Positions 1 to 13,371 of a DNA stretch of 49,757 bases are shown here, piece after piece (position 1 is the stretch's first letter; every line of letters starts with the position of its first letter). Origin of the DNA: Octopus bimaculoides. Lineage: Eukaryota. A program made the translations under genes and the position numbers. The DNA is taken from the NCBI RefSeq assembly GCF_001194135.2, contig NC_068982.1, forward strand, positions 158,352,815-158,402,571, in the 5' to 3' direction. Below the pieces are notes generated by a model. It ran no database searches and was not told the origin of the DNA. It worked only from the letters and a program-made list of their open reading frames with translations.

Positions 1-92
1 ATATATACATATATGCATGTGTGTATGTGTGTGTGGAGAGAGAGAAAGAGAGAGAGAGAGAAAAAGAGGTAGAGAGAGAGAGAGAGAGAAAA
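1..92. repeat. Compound (TA)/(TG)/(GA) microsatellite
   Basis: Directly visible dinucleotide runs. Confidence 0.95.
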
Positions 93-1249
93 ATATTTAT
101 ACATCATTTTAATGAGGACTGCGAAATTTTCATCGGACGATGTAATCTACCGCTCTCTAGTTAGTAGTAACGCTACAACTGGTAATATATAATATATTCA
201 TTTGTGATTAATATTATTAATTATTATTTTTCAATACTTCGATGTTAAACTCTACTCAAGAATTTATTTATGTATTATCTTGGGAGACATCAGGTTTATG
301 ACATTTAAACCTTCTATATATGAATTTCCTCTTTGTCCAATGCATCATCCTTAACACACTGAATATAATCTTATTTGATTTGATAAATAGATTTTGACTG
401 TATGTAATTAGTGTTATACTGAGCACATCGAGCACCCACAGTGGAAGGATACTACCTCAATCATTCACTTAAGTTAGTAGCATTATACTTAATGCACTGA
501 GAAAACAAATCTAATCAATTACTAATACTTACGCAGCTAGGAAAGAAAGCATTAGCTCAATGATTAATATTAATCTGATTTTGGTAAGTTCAGACGTCAC
601 CACTGGATATGGTTCGGTCTTAACCGAGAAGAGCATATTTTATTATCTCCTTATTATTAATACGAATGGAAAAATGATGCCAGAACAATGCGAAAATGTT
701 TGGATGTTAATAATTATACCAATGAAAACGCCATTAATATATTTCAAATATATTCCATTCATCTGCTCTGGATTGTGTTATATACATATGTTATATAATT
801 AAAATTTGTTCGGCGCGCATATATTAATGAATCTATATTTGTATAGCTGTTGCGCAAGAAGGAATCTGACAGAATGTATTATGCCATTGTAGCTAATTTG
901 TAAGGCATTCTACTCCCAGCTACAGCTCTCCTATGGGAATGTTCTGAAACGAACAAACCACATAAATGTTAAATTATTTTGTCAGTTTTAATAGATATTG
1001 CCAACAATGATTTATCAATACTACATATTCTTCTAATTGCTATTATGTAGGTAACAATAATTTGTAAAACACGCTGAAGTTCGAAAACTGAGGTAATCTC
1101 TATAGTAACATTACGCATAGTAATGCAAATCATTTGGGGAAGGCAAATTTATAAAAGTCGGTTCAAATAAGATTTGCACGAAATTTTTTATGGAAAAATA
1201 ACATTATACACAGATGTTATTCCACTTTGGGCGAAAGCGTTTTGCCAAT

Positions 1250-1297
<48 letters not shown>

Positions 1298-2113
1298 TTA
1301 TTTCATATTACTAACTGTTAATTGGTTAACTAATTAACTAACCTGTTCTTCGTTCAATCTAATCAGTCTGCTTGTCAGAGCCTTTCCGTTACTGTGAGCG
1401 ATGTCAAATATTTCCTCTAATTCTTTATCAGACAGTACATTGAATCAATGCTACTGACTAGATTATTCTGTTCAAAAAGTACATCAAAATAGGGAGAAGT
1501 ACAAAATACAAATGCAATCATTGTGGGTAATATATTTCTGAATTCTTCACATTTTTATAGGGACATTTTGAAAATTCAAACGTTGATTAACTAGCATTGT
1601 ATTAGTAAGACAAGGAATATGACTAGGATAAATGTAAATTTAACCAGAACAGCAAAATATACTTCATAGATTTTGAATGCAGTTAGTTCGCATCCTAAGT
1701 AGAATGAGAAAACGAAGATATATTCATGAAAAAACGAAAACTATATTAAAGATGTATGTAAAATGTAATATTCAATTTCATTATTGCCATATAATAAAGT
1801 TATCACGAACAAATTTTGGGATCTTCTAATTTAATATTTCTTTTTTACTTATTGTATCATGCAATGCTCTTTTGACGGGCTATTTCCACACACCTTTACT
1901 CATTACGTTATCGAACCAGAATATTGCATGTTTTAATCATTCAAATCTATTTTCTCTCGTTATAGTAACTTTCAAATCATCTGTATCAATTTAGGAAATA
2001 AATATATTTTACCAATACCTGAGAACAATGTGACCTGTACGCGTAAAAAGACATTTCAATATTGATATTTCGTAAACGGGTCGAGCTGGCAGAACTTTTA
2101 GGACACTGGGAAC

Positions 2114-2430
2114 GACTCATTCTTTGTAAGCCTTTTATTATCCAGTCCGTCTCTTTGCCGAACCGCTAAGCTACGGGGACTTAAACACAACAGCATCGGT
2201 TGTCAAGCGTTGGTGGGGGACAAACACAGACACATAAACACAAACACACACGCACACACATATATATACGATGGGCTGCTTTCAGTTCTTGCCTACCAAA
2301 TCCACTCACAAAGCTTTAATCGGCCCGAGACTATAGTAGAAGACACTTGTCCATGGTACCACGTAGTGGGACTGAACCCGGGTCCACGTGGTTGTTAAGC
2401 AAGCTACTTACCACACAGCCACTCCTGCTA
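2114..2430 (-). mobile_element. SINE family B (tRNA head plus CORE-like segment), antisense
   Basis: Reverse complement of the element at 10840-11300 (ggagtggctgtgtggtaagtagcttg...gcttacaaagaat). Confidence 0.85.
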
Positions 2431-2619
2431 TGTCTCCTCAATTTCTACGCCGTGTGTTCAAATTCCACTGAGATCGACCTTTGGTTCTCATCATTTTGTG
2501 GAATGGAAATATCAGTTGATGACTGGGGTCGATGCAACCGACTAGCTCCCCTGTCGCAAATTTTCAGGACTTGTGCATGCTAATGCTTCCTACTGCATTC
2601 ATGCTGCATTAATTTCGCA

Positions 2620-2812
2620 CACCGGGCGAAATGCTTAGCGGTATTTTGCCTGCCGCTCCGTTTTGAGTTCAAATTCCGCCACGGTCGACCTTGCCATTCA
2701 TCTTTTCGGGGTCATTAAATTAAGTAGCAGTTGAGTACTGAGGATCGATGTAATTGACTTGCCCCCTCCCTTAATATTTCAAGCCATGTGCCTATAGTAG
2801 AAAGGATTATTA
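2620..2812 (+). mobile_element. SINE family A (tRNA-derived), body and tail. Its head is probably the fragment at 2078-2110, separated by nested insertions.
   Basis: gggcgaaatgcttagc...gagttcaaattcc (B-box-like)...gtgcctatagtagaaaggattatt. Confidence 0.8.
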
Positions 2813-2911
2813 TGTGAGTTGGAATATCATGGTATTCACGATATTTCAGTACTATTTAAAATATTATTCCTCCGTTATGCAATATATTTTGAAAATATAT
2901 AAGAAATACAT

Positions 2912-3108
<197 letters not shown>

Positions 3109-4014
3109 TAAAGCGTCTGTAAATATTAATCATGTGAAGATGAAGGAAACAATAATTTTACAGAAATCAATTATGAATCCAACATTTGTGAAATCATGGA
3201 GTTCCCAGCAGATGCCCTTTTGATACAAATCTCTGACTATTATTGATGAAATGCTAGGATTAGGCAGAATGTTCTTCTCTAAATGTAGCTGAAAGTTTAC
3301 ATTATCGTATGAATGTGTCAATTATGTATTCCTTCAAGAAGTTCACCAGTTTATCGCATATTTTATAATAAAATACAATGTTGGAATGTAAGAGTAAACT
3401 AGATTATATTCTCTGGATTATATATCACAACGTGGGACGAGAAAGAAAATGGAAAGTAAACGTAAAGTAATGCATTGATCATCTGCTATTCAATCAAGTT
3501 TGTGACAAGTTGGAAATGGCATATCGCTCGCTGTTATTTGCAATATGTAAATATATAGAAAATATACTCACACATAGACGCACAGAGAAACACACATATG
3601 CATGTATATTTTTTGCATAGTACTAACAGATGGTTTTCCATACAAGCTACAATTACATTCCATTCTCAATTTATGTGAGAATATAGGAAAGAAGTACAAG
3701 TGATGAATTCGATGTGCTATTTTCCATGTATTTTACACCATACTTATTATAACTGCATATATTGCAATGATTATTTCATAAACAAATGTGTTAAATTTAC
3801 TCGCATATACACATGCATACGAACCACATAGAAATTCAGATGAACTACCAGACAACTAGCGTTCATATGCAGCACTTGAGGTGGTCAAATTAAGTGCAGA
3901 ATTACATGGCCCCGAACTCGAGCTTGTCACGTGGTTCCTTCAACAGATACCATCTACCAAAAACTCTGGATCGAGAAACGCAACTGGAATTTTAATATGG
4001 GTTTCAATTTCTAA

Positions 4015-4162
4015 GGCGGCTAGCCGGCAGAATCGTTACCACAGTGGAAAAAATGCTTAGCGATCGATAAAATAAATACAAGTCAAGCACTATGGTTGAA
4101 AAAAAATCGACTTATCTCCTCCTTGCGAAATTGCTCCCTTGTGCCAAAATTTGAAACCAATA
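4015..4162 (+). mobile_element. Internally deleted SINE family A copy
   Basis: Head ggcggctagccggcagaatcgtta joined to tail ttgtgccaaaatttgaaaccaat. Confidence 0.7.
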
Positions 4163-4421
4163 TGTGTATCAATTCAGATGTATATAAATATATATGTATC
4201 TACATTTGAACTTTATAAATATTTCATATATGCCTCTAGGAGAAAGCTGTAAACTTAAACACTAATACCTAATTCATTTCAACATAATAGGACTTAATGC
4301 GACCGTGTTTCGCTTATAGAAACTGCATTGTTATGTTTGCCATCCCAAATTCACTCAAACAGTGATTAACCACACAGCACCCTATAATCTAAGACATGGG
4401 TGGCCAAGATTACGATGACGT

Positions 4422-4665
4422 GAGTTTCATTTGATGAGATCAATGGAACAGCCTGCTCGTGAAAATAACGTATCTTTAATTTAGTTCAAACGGAAATTCA
4501 ATTTGACGCAGCGTGTGACAAGGTACTACACAGTTTTTCTAGCTGAGTGAACAGGAGCAACGTTAAATAATGTCTTACCCAAGGAACAACGCGCCGCTAG
4601 GACTCGAACTCGCGACCTTATGATCGTAGGCCGAATGCACCAACAACTAAGCTACATGCCTTCAT
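4422..4665 (-). mobile_element. Degenerate SINE family C, antisense
   Basis: gatcaatggaacagcctgctcgtgaaaataacgt and ggactcgaactcgcgaccttatgatcgtag match the reverse complement of 7276-7637. Confidence 0.7.
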
Positions 4666-5268
4666 GATATAAAATAATGAAATGAATAGTATCCGATTAG
4701 TAGTTAGAAGTGAGACGTATATTGTGTTGTGTGTTATGAATGTGTAAAGCTTACATGGAAGCTAACGAGAAATCAGAGAAACCATTTACATGTCTGCTAT
4801 TATTTTATAATGTAATGCATGATGATGATGAGATTTCCAAGATGATTATCCTAACATCAACGTGACAAATAATATTGACAATTTTACGGAGAGAAATGTA
4901 GCAGCCATTGTTATTGCAATTTCTATTGAAATTTTCAAACAAGTATTCAGTTTGATGTCAGGCATTTAAATACCAGCATGTTAAAAGTATGTTGATAGGA
5001 ATCTAAATGGCTATAGCTGTATATGTTTATGACTAATCTATAATTAATTTCTAAATGTAACATATAAAATATCAGAAATGTTTAAATAATCTGTAGAGGA
5101 TTTAGATTTCAAAAATATACTGTGTAAGCCCTGTACAAATATTTGGCATTATTTTGTGAATGGAAGACGGCATCAACCGACGTATGGCATTATGTCAACG
5201 TATGAATTGCTCGGCTTATTTTGCTGAATCTATTCTCAAGACACAGCAGGTATGGTAATAGTAAATTA

Positions 5269-5382
<114 letters not shown>

Positions 5383-6111
5383 CAAACTCGTCAGCGAATA
5401 ATGTGTGTTACGATTTAACAATTCATCTATATATTTTCGTGGTTCGAAAAAGTGGGAACAGTATTAGATGCAAGCTTTGACTCTTTCTGGAATATTCTTC
5501 AACAGGTTCATCCTGTTTAACTATTTACAAACCCACAGCTAAGTACTCTAAAATTAATTACCTTCGTCGTAACGCTCAATATCGGCTGTTAAATTTCAGT
5601 TTATATTCAACATTATGGAATAAATACAGAGATAAACGCGCGATAATATATGTCATTAGAGCTGCTGATGTTAAAGTCTGTCCAATCAAAATCTTGTGCA
5701 CTACATTCTTTAACATATTGGTAAGTATTCGTTGCCAAAAAACCTTACCATCAATCACTGCAATATTACTGAATGTATCAAATGCAAGAGAATGTTTACG
5801 GAAATCTCTGCACTGTCTAATATATATTCCTCTTTTCAAAACATGTCTGAAGTGGTCAACCTTTTCCGACAAGCGAGACGAAAGTGACATGGATGAACAA
5901 CAATAATAATAATAATAATAATAAAAATAAATTGTGATTATTTTAGCAGAAATTGATTTATCATAAGTTTTTGTTGGTACCATGTATCACCATAATAAGC
6001 TGTCTCTCTACATATATTCCGAATGTGCTTTTTGTACAGAACTGTGTTGAAATTTACAGAACTGAGTCAATATAAATAAATATAAAACACATCAAGTACA
6101 GGACATCATCA

Positions 6112-6330
6112 GGCGGTGAGCTGGAGAGAATCGTTAGCACGTTGGACGACATGCTTAGCGTTATTTCACCCGTCGTTACATTCTGAGTTCAGATACCGCC
6201 GAGGTCGACTTTGTCTTTTATTATTTCGGGGTCGATAAATTGAGTATCAGAGAAACACTGGTGTCGATGTAATCGACTGGTTCCCCCTTCTCCAAATTGC
6301 AGGCATTGTGCTCTTAGTAGAAAAGATTAT
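6112..6330 (+). mobile_element. SINE family A with (ATT)/(GTT)/(AGT)/(CAG) trinucleotide tail extending to ~6497
   Basis: ggcggtgagctgg...gagttcagataccgccgaggtcgactttg...tagtagaaaagattattatt. Confidence 0.85.
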
Positions 6331-6402
6331 TATTATTGTTGTTGTTGTTTTGGTGTTGTTGTGTTTGTTGTTGTTGCTGTTATTATTATTATTGTTATTA
6401 TA

Positions 6403-6445
<43 letters not shown>

Positions 6446-6733
6446 GTAGTAGTAGTAGTAGTAGTAGTAACAGCAGCAACAACAGCAGCAGCAGCATTCA
6501 TTTTTGGATGGCAATTTGCTCCATTTATATCATGTTTTCTATAGATCAAAGACGTTCGAGGAAATTTACAATGAAAATAAAACAAAACAAAAGATCTAAT
6601 TTTTTTAATCATTAAAATCGAAATTATTCCTGTCTAATATCTAGACATTATACGCCTGAATTATGTGTAAAGTGGCCTTTCGTTTTTTTCTTCTCTCTAT
6701 TTGCATGGTTTAACGACGCAAGTTCAAAAGCGG

Positions 6734-7275
6734 NNNNNNNNNNNNNNNNNNNNNNNNNNNNNNNNNNNNNNNNNNNNNNNNNNNNNNNNNNNNNNNNNNN
6801 NNNNNNNNNNNNNNNNNNNNNNNNNNNNNNNNNNNNNNNNNNNNNNNNNNNNNNNNNNNNNNNNNNNNNNNNNNNNNNNNNNNNNNNNNNNNNNNNNNNN
6901 NNNNNNNNNNNNNNNNNNNNNNNNNNNNNNNNNNNNNNNNNNNNNNNNNNNNNNNNNNNNNNNNNNNNNNNNNNNNNNNNNNNNNNNNNNNNNNNNNNNN
7001 NNNNNNNNNNNNNNNNNNNNNNNNNNNNNNNNNNNNNNNNNNNNNNNNNNNNNNNNNNNNNNNNNNNNNNNNNNNNNNNNNNNNNNNNNNNNNNNNNNNN
7101 NNNNNNNNNNNNNNNNNNNNNNNNNNNNNNNNNNNNNNNNNNNNNNNNNNNNNNNNNNNNNNNNNNNNNNNNNNNNNNNNNNNNNNNNNNNNNNNNNNNN
7201 NNNNNNNNNNNNNNNNNNNNNNNNNNNNNNNNNNNNNNNNNNNNNNNNNNNNNNNNNNNNNNNNNNNNNNNNNNN
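6734..7275. other. Assembly gap. Other N runs: 8466-8989, 12710-13320, 17918-18118, 18909-18992, 21776-21785, 33158-33305, 35404-35752.
   Basis: N runs, mostly bounded by microsatellites or SINE ends. Confidence 1.
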
Positions 7276-7637
7276 GGCCCAGTTGTTAGGGCAGCGGACT
7301 CGCGGTTATAGGATCGCGGTTTCGATTCCCAGACTAGGCGTTGTGAGCAAAAACACCTAAAGCTCCACGAGGCTCCGGCATGGGATGGTGGTGAACCCTG
7401 CTGTATTCTTTCACCACAACTTTCTCTTACTTCCTGTTTCTGTCGTGCCTGTAATTCAAAGGGTCAGCCTTGTCACACTGTGTCACGCTGAATATCCCCG
7501 AAAACTACGTTAAAGGTACACGTGTCTGTGGAGTGCTCAGCTACTTGCACGTTAACATCACGAGCAGGCTGTTCCGTTGATCGGATCAACTGGAACCCTC
7601 GACGTCGTAAGCGACGGAGTGCAAACAACAACAACAA
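7276..7637 (+). mobile_element. SINE family C (tRNA-like head, ~370 bp, (CAA)n tail)
   Basis: ggcccagttgttagggcagcggactcgc...tttcgattccc...gagtgcaaacaacaac; near-identical to 32210-32588. Confidence 0.9.
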
Positions 7638-8325
7638 AAATGATCAGCCGTAGGATATAAGAAAAGTAAATGCCATGCAAAAGGGATATACTCCTTTCGT
7701 TTCAAGCTGTCTGTGAATATCATTTTGTCTCATCTCACTTTTCTGTCTCATTTCAAAGATACACACACCGTCTCATACACAAACATTTGTGTATTTATTT
7801 ATGCATAATGTAATGCTAATGTTCATTTTCCTATTTGTACACAAATAATACAAGCATTATTTAAAAGCCTACATTTACATCAGCACAAGGACTTGTGTGT
7901 ATATATAGACATACGAACATTTGAATGCTAGATTTACTACGTCTAGCAACAATCTGTGCGAGGGCGGCTATGTTGTGACTTGTAGTTCTGTAGACCCAGG
8001 TCGAATCTAATATAGTAGACTTAAATGAAATATATCTTATCTGTGAATTTCCCGATATACATTGGATAGATGGTCCCATTATCAACGTTTTTGTTTATAT
8101 GAATATAAGTTGTTATTTAAGACATATTTGGCAGCACATACAAGATACTTCTTTTGGCTCGTATATGTAAGTATGTATATATACATATGTGTGTGTGTGC
8201 GTGTGTGTGTGTGCATGTGTGTGTGCGTGTGTGTGTGTGCGTGTGTGTGTGTATACATACATGACGGAATCTCCCGTCGAAGACATCGCATCAGCATTCA
8301 GAATTCAGCATACATATGTATGAAC

Positions 8326-8465
8326 GCTGAAGAGGCATGTACGTGAAGAGTCATGGCCTAGTGGTTAGGGTGTTGTACTCCCGACCACGACATCATGGTT
8401 TCCATTTCTGGAAGCGGTGGTGTGTTGTGTTTTTGAAAAAAAAAACACTTCATCTCACGTTGCTC
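8326..8465 (+). mobile_element. tRNA-derived SINE 5' part, truncated by gap
   Basis: tggcctagtggttagggtgttgtactc (A-box-like)...cacttcatctcacgttgctc. Confidence 0.6.
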
Positions 8466-8989
8466 NNNNNNNNNNNNNNNNNNNNNNNNNNNNNNNNNNN
8501 NNNNNNNNNNNNNNNNNNNNNNNNNNNNNNNNNNNNNNNNNNNNNNNNNNNNNNNNNNNNNNNNNNNNNNNNNNNNNNNNNNNNNNNNNNNNNNNNNNNN
8601 NNNNNNNNNNNNNNNNNNNNNNNNNNNNNNNNNNNNNNNNNNNNNNNNNNNNNNNNNNNNNNNNNNNNNNNNNNNNNNNNNNNNNNNNNNNNNNNNNNNN
8701 NNNNNNNNNNNNNNNNNNNNNNNNNNNNNNNNNNNNNNNNNNNNNNNNNNNNNNNNNNNNNNNNNNNNNNNNNNNNNNNNNNNNNNNNNNNNNNNNNNNN
8801 NNNNNNNNNNNNNNNNNNNNNNNNNNNNNNNNNNNNNNNNNNNNNNNNNNNNNNNNNNNNNNNNNNNNNNNNNNNNNNNNNNNNNNNNNNNNNNNNNNNN
8901 NNNNNNNNNNNNNNNNNNNNNNNNNNNNNNNNNNNNNNNNNNNNNNNNNNNNNNNNNNNNNNNNNNNNNNNNNNNNNNNNNNNNNNNNN

Positions 8990-9021
<32 letters not shown>

Positions 9022-9024
<3 letters not shown>

Positions 9025-9213
9025 GGCATTCGCCATGATAGATCGATAGACACTGCGTATTATTTTCTATCCCTATTCCTTCCGTGTTCCTTTCTGTGGA
9101 AGAGCGTAGGCTCGAAACGTTAAAGACCTTTTCACTTCCCGAGCGTTAAACTAATACATCTGTTTGTTGTCTACACCACCTGTCTTCGTCTTTTGTTTTG
9201 TGAATTCTCCCCC
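9022..9213 (+). mobile_element. Penelope-like terminal-repeat remnant containing a variant minimal hammerhead motif (9090-9125)
   Basis: cttt-CTGTGGA-A-GAGC(gtag)GCTC-GAAAC-GTT-aaag, bounded by (TA)n on both sides. The PLE assignment is inferred. Confidence 0.5.
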
Positions 9214-9861
9214 TATATATATATATATAAAAGATAATTGGTCGTGATCTGAAAGAGGTAAGGCCATCAATAAACACAAAAAAGATATCTTTGTGTATTA
9301 ACATCAGTATGAGAGTCTGTATATATTAATATTTGTCGTGTGCTGCATGTGTATTTTCTGCTGTATCTAAAAATGATTTTGTTTTCAATGCGTATGTTTT
9401 GCTTTGTGAAAGATGAGTGTGAAAGAAGAGGATATAGAGCCTAAAGAAAAAATGATATTGAAAGTGAAAACTGAATAGCAATTATCTTGTATTTGAAACA
9501 TGAAATAAATAAGTAAATAAATAAATAAGTAAATAAATAAATCTTGCGGCGTTAGCACAAATGTATACACCGAGCAACAATGAAAAGGCGTTAGCAAAAC
9601 AATGACAGTAAGCGGAAACGACAGTCACTTTTTGTACACCAACTAAAAAGAGAGGAAATCGTGCCAGACTGGTAAAATTTTAAACTGTATACAATATACG
9701 TACACCAACACGTTTATATATGACGGGTTCACATCACTGTGAATTGCAATAAAGTGAGAAATGTAGCTGATGATCTTAGGTAGAGTGGATATATAGGCAC
9801 ACGCACACACTCTCTCACACACACAGATATATATATACATATATGTGTGTGTGTGTGTGTG

Positions 9862-10093
9862 TTATTTCTTTACTACCCACAAGGGGCTACACACAGAGGG
9901 GACAAACAAGGACAGACAAACGGATTAAGTCGATTATACCGACCCCAGTGCGTAACTGGTACTTATTTAATCGACCCCGAAAGGATGAAATGCAAAGTCG
10001 ACCTCGGCAGAATTTGAACTCAGAACGTAGCGGCAGACGAAATACCGCTAAGCATTTCGCCCAGCGTGCTAACGTTTCTGCCAGCTCGCCGCC
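9862..10093 (-). mobile_element. Young full-length SINE family A, antisense
   Basis: Close reverse-complement match to 39461-39686 and to the second unit at 31606-31826. Confidence 0.9.
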
Positions 10094-10097
10094 TTAT

Positions 10098-10173
<76 letters not shown>

Positions 10174-10839
10174 TCACATACACATACATACGTACACACA
10201 CACGCACACACACACATACGCACACGCACACATATATAGCAATCCCTTAATTAATACGTGAAAATAAAGGGGGACTAATAAGAGATTAGTAATCCAATTG
10301 CAACTTTTCCTAAACTTTCCGCTGATAAAGTTACACCTGGGGAACAAGTAAAAAAAAAAAGGTCATGTGATCAGAATTGTACTAACATAATCAGTCCATG
10401 AACATTGAAATTTGTTACTCCATGACTAGATTACCAAGTTAAGATGGTTTGGTTTTTACGGAGTGATACACAAAATAGAAATAAATATTATAAATAAATA
10501 CATTACTTATTCATCATAGGCTTAAAACTGTTTCAGATATGCTTTCGCGTATGTTAATAGCTCAACCATATTAATAGATCACTTGGCGAAGTAAATGAAA
10601 CAGTGACAACTGATGAAGGGGTATACTCTTTATGTTGCATGTCTCGTTTCTCTGTTTGTTTGTTTTTTTTCGTTGTTCGAAAAAAGTTCGTTTTCTATGT
10701 TTTCGTTTCGCATTGTGTTTAACGTTTTTACCTGTACCCATATATGCATGTATGTATGCATATAAATGTAGGTATCTACATATATGTATGGATATATGCA
10801 TATATTTATATATTATTTATATATATAAATATATATATA

Positions 10840-11300
10840 GGCGTAGGAGTGGCTGTGTGGTATATATGTAGGCGTAGGAGTGGGTGTGTGGTAAGTAGCT
10901 TGCTTTAGAACCACATGGTTCTAGGTTCAATCCCACTGCGTGGTATCTTGGGCAAGCGTCTTCTACTATAGCCTCGGGCCGACCAAAGCCTTGCGAGTGG
11001 ATTTGGTAGACGGAAACTGAAAGAAGCCCGTCTTATATATGTGTATATATATATGTGTGTGTGTGTTTCTCTTTGCGTATATATGTTTGTGTGTCTATGT
11101 TTGTGCCCCCTCCAACATGGCTTGACAACCGATGTTGGTGTGTTTACGTCACCATAACTTAGCGGTTCGGCAAAATAGACCGATAAAATAAGTATTAGGC
11201 TTACAAAGAATAAGTCCTGGAGTCGATTCGCTCCACTAAAGGCGGTGCTCCACCATAGCCACAGTCAAATGACTGAAACAAGTAAAAGAGTAAAAGAGAG
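10840..11300 (+). mobile_element. Full-length SINE family B (tRNA head, CORE-like segment, internal TA/TG tract, (AAAAGAGT) tail)
   Basis: ggcgtaggagtggctgtgtggtaag...ggttcaatccc...cttgggcaag...gactgaaacaagtaaaagagtaaaagag. Confidence 0.9.
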
Positions 11301-11312
11301 AGTGTACATATT

Positions 11313-12552
11313 CAGTGTGCGATTGATAATTGTCGCCATTTTTCTTTTTCTATTTTGTGCATTGGTTATTTTTTATTTTATCGCCTATACAGTATAGTAG
11401 GGTTAGTTGGGCAACGTCTGTGAGAAAACCAGAACAATGACGGAATTCATTCTGCCAGAAATTTGGAAACAACATACTGTACTGCTTGACATTCGTGCCA
11501 GAAGCTCCAATACGAAAATTTGGGAGTGTTTGGGTGTTAATCTGAGGAGAGTGCAGATAATTCGGAAAGAGTTGAATGAATCTAATGATGATTATGAAGC
11601 TACGGCAGCTCGGAAAACTCACTCACATCTGAATTTGTTAGCGAGATCCAGGCCATGGTTGCCAACGCTCCCTTTAAGTCAATAAGGTCTATCAGGCAGG
11701 CAGTGCATGAAGACATTCGGTATTCCTCATACAACATCAGAAAGGACCAATTTTTATTCCAAGCCATCAAGAACAAGAAGAAAGACAACGCTACGAAGCT
11801 TTTGAACAAACTCAAGCATTCCCTAAAACCGTACAGGATTTGGTTTCTCTCAGACGACAAAAATTTCTGCCAGGATCATTTGATGGACACACAAAACAAC
11901 CGTTGGCTTGCCGTGACGACAAAATATGTATCCAGAGTCATAAACAATCGAACATCCAGTCAACATCATGGTGTTTAGAGTGATCACTAGTGATGGCAAA
12001 GTTATGGCTCCATCCATCTTCCCATACAGCCTCAGACTTAATACGGAGGCCTCTATGAAATGCCGGGAAGAGATAGTGCTGCCCTGGGTCAAGAGGGTGG
12101 CTGCTGGAAGATTCTATGTCTGGCAAAAGAACTCTGCACCATGCCACATAAGCAGGAAAACCCAGTCATGGCTGTCATACAATTTCTCCGACCACATAAC
12201 TCCTAATATCTAGCCACCTAACTCCCCAGGCTGTAACCTTGATTATTATGTGTTGGGCGCAGTTGAGCGAAAGGCCAACAAAACCTCTTGTAACACCAAA
12301 GATGAATTGACAGCATGGATTATAGCAGCATTCAGCAAACTTAAAGAAGGAGATCCAGAAGATTTGCAGGAGATTCCGAAGCCTTCTGGAGGCTGTGGTA
12401 GAAGCCAATAGAGATTTTATTGAATAAAGATACCCTTTAGTTTTTCAAGTTATTTTAGTGTAATTTTGGTCAATATTTCTGTTAAAATGAGATGTCAGTG
12501 ATATTTTCATTTTTGCTTAATTTATACGACAATTTATCCACCGCAAACACAT
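11313..12552 (+). mobile_element. Degenerate Tc1/mariner-superfamily DNA transposon, maT (DD37D-like), with frameshifted transposase pseudogene
   Basis: Split ORFs give WFLSDDKNFCQD..NNRWLA, VWQKNSAPCH and I*PPNSPGCNLDYYVLG. Imperfect TIRs: gtgtgcgattgataattgtcg (11315-11335) vs cgacaatttatccaccgcaaacac (12527-12550). Confidence 0.85.
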
Positions 12553-12562
12553 ACACTATATA

Positions 12563-12595
<33 letters not shown>

Positions 12596-13320
12596 TTATG
12601 ATGATAAATAGTTCTACCGATAAAGGTTTTTTTCATACTGAACTACTTGGCAAAATTGTTAATTATTAATTCTATTATTAATTGACGATTCTCTGCCCTT
12701 ATTCTTGTANNNNNNNNNNNNNNNNNNNNNNNNNNNNNNNNNNNNNNNNNNNNNNNNNNNNNNNNNNNNNNNNNNNNNNNNNNNNNNNNNNNNNNNNNNN
12801 NNNNNNNNNNNNNNNNNNNNNNNNNNNNNNNNNNNNNNNNNNNNNNNNNNNNNNNNNNNNNNNNNNNNNNNNNNNNNNNNNNNNNNNNNNNNNNNNNNNN
12901 NNNNNNNNNNNNNNNNNNNNNNNNNNNNNNNNNNNNNNNNNNNNNNNNNNNNNNNNNNNNNNNNNNNNNNNNNNNNNNNNNNNNNNNNNNNNNNNNNNNN
13001 NNNNNNNNNNNNNNNNNNNNNNNNNNNNNNNNNNNNNNNNNNNNNNNNNNNNNNNNNNNNNNNNNNNNNNNNNNNNNNNNNNNNNNNNNNNNNNNNNNNN
13101 NNNNNNNNNNNNNNNNNNNNNNNNNNNNNNNNNNNNNNNNNNNNNNNNNNNNNNNNNNNNNNNNNNNNNNNNNNNNNNNNNNNNNNNNNNNNNNNNNNNN
13201 NNNNNNNNNNNNNNNNNNNNNNNNNNNNNNNNNNNNNNNNNNNNNNNNNNNNNNNNNNNNNNNNNNNNNNNNNNNNNNNNNNNNNNNNNNNNNNNNNNNN
13301 NNNNNNNNNNNNNNNNNNNN

Positions 13321-13371
<51 letters not shown>

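Noticed and set aside
1317-1338. 22-bp near-palindrome gttaattggttaactaattaac
   Set aside because: Short, AT-only and expected by chance in this composition.
5576-5983. 135-aa minus-strand ORF
   Set aside because: Starts across an (AAT)n tract, has no recognisable domain and no convincing splice pair.
7276-7350. tRNA-like heads here and in other SINEs as real tRNA genes
   Set aside because: They lack a complete cloverleaf and continue into SINE bodies with tails and TSDs.
10590-10650. GAAAC...CTGATGA with an adjacent small hairpin
   Set aside because: No GAAA follows the stem, and the upstream GAAA is only 9 nt from CUGAUGA, so no hammerhead topology is possible.
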